Below are positions 48,941-49,161 of a stretch of 49,161 nt of DNA, in pieces. Source of the DNA: Octopus bimaculoides (Eukaryota). How positions within the stretch are numbered: the first letter of the stretch is position 1; each line of letters starts with the position of its first letter. The stretch spans positions 65,821,503 to 65,870,663 of the forward strand of contig NC_068982.1 of assembly GCF_001194135.2 (NCBI RefSeq), written 5' to 3'. A program made the position numbers and the translations under genes. A model generated the notes under the pieces. That model did no database searches. It was not told where the DNA came from and was given only the letters and a program-made list of their open reading frames with translations.

Positions 48941-49115
48941 TGGTCAATGGACATTAGTTTGAATAAAAACAGTAATAAATAAGTGAAGAACGAATATATA
49001 GTGCATGTGTTTATTAAGCAAAAAAAAAAAAAAGAAATGACCACCCCGTAAAACAACAATATCTGTTTCAACTTATGACTTCACATCAGGAATCTTGCAA
49101 CACAAATTCATAAAC

Positions 49116-49161
<46 letters not shown>

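Overview
AT-rich, microsatellite-rich animal genomic DNA from a gapped draft assembly. The tRNA-derived SINE families, RTE tails ending in (GAT)n and Penelope-like fragments look like those of an octopus/coleoid cephalopod; this assignment is inference from repeat style. One protein-coding gene is recognisable: a 256-codon coding exon (41297-42064, + strand) of a ceramide phosphoethanolamine synthase (CPES)-type CDP-alcohol phosphotransferase. Its remaining exon(s) were not found in the window. Most of the rest is a transposon graveyard: three mariners, a Tc1 fragment, a full-length decayed Tigger/pogo, a hAT-Charlie/Buster fragment, Tx1/L1, RTE and CR1-like LINE fragments, two Penelope-like (PLE) fragments, two or three solo LTRs, MITE/foldback elements and many SINEs. 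Highlights: (i) the CPES homologue is a candidate synthase for the molluscan phosphonolipid CAEP and carries a DGxxYR variant of the catalytic motif; (ii) there are three minimal hammerhead-ribozyme motifs, two of them in inverted repeats flanking a PLE RT fragment; (iii) a TA-flanked TIR shell carries a PLE GIY-YIG fragment; (iv) there is a near-perfect pre-miRNA-like hairpin at about 15.2-15.3 kb; (v) CpG content drops visibly after about 16-17 kb, suggesting a methylated gene body and a start site about 25 kb upstream of the CPES coding exon. All alignments were done by eye and no database searches were run.
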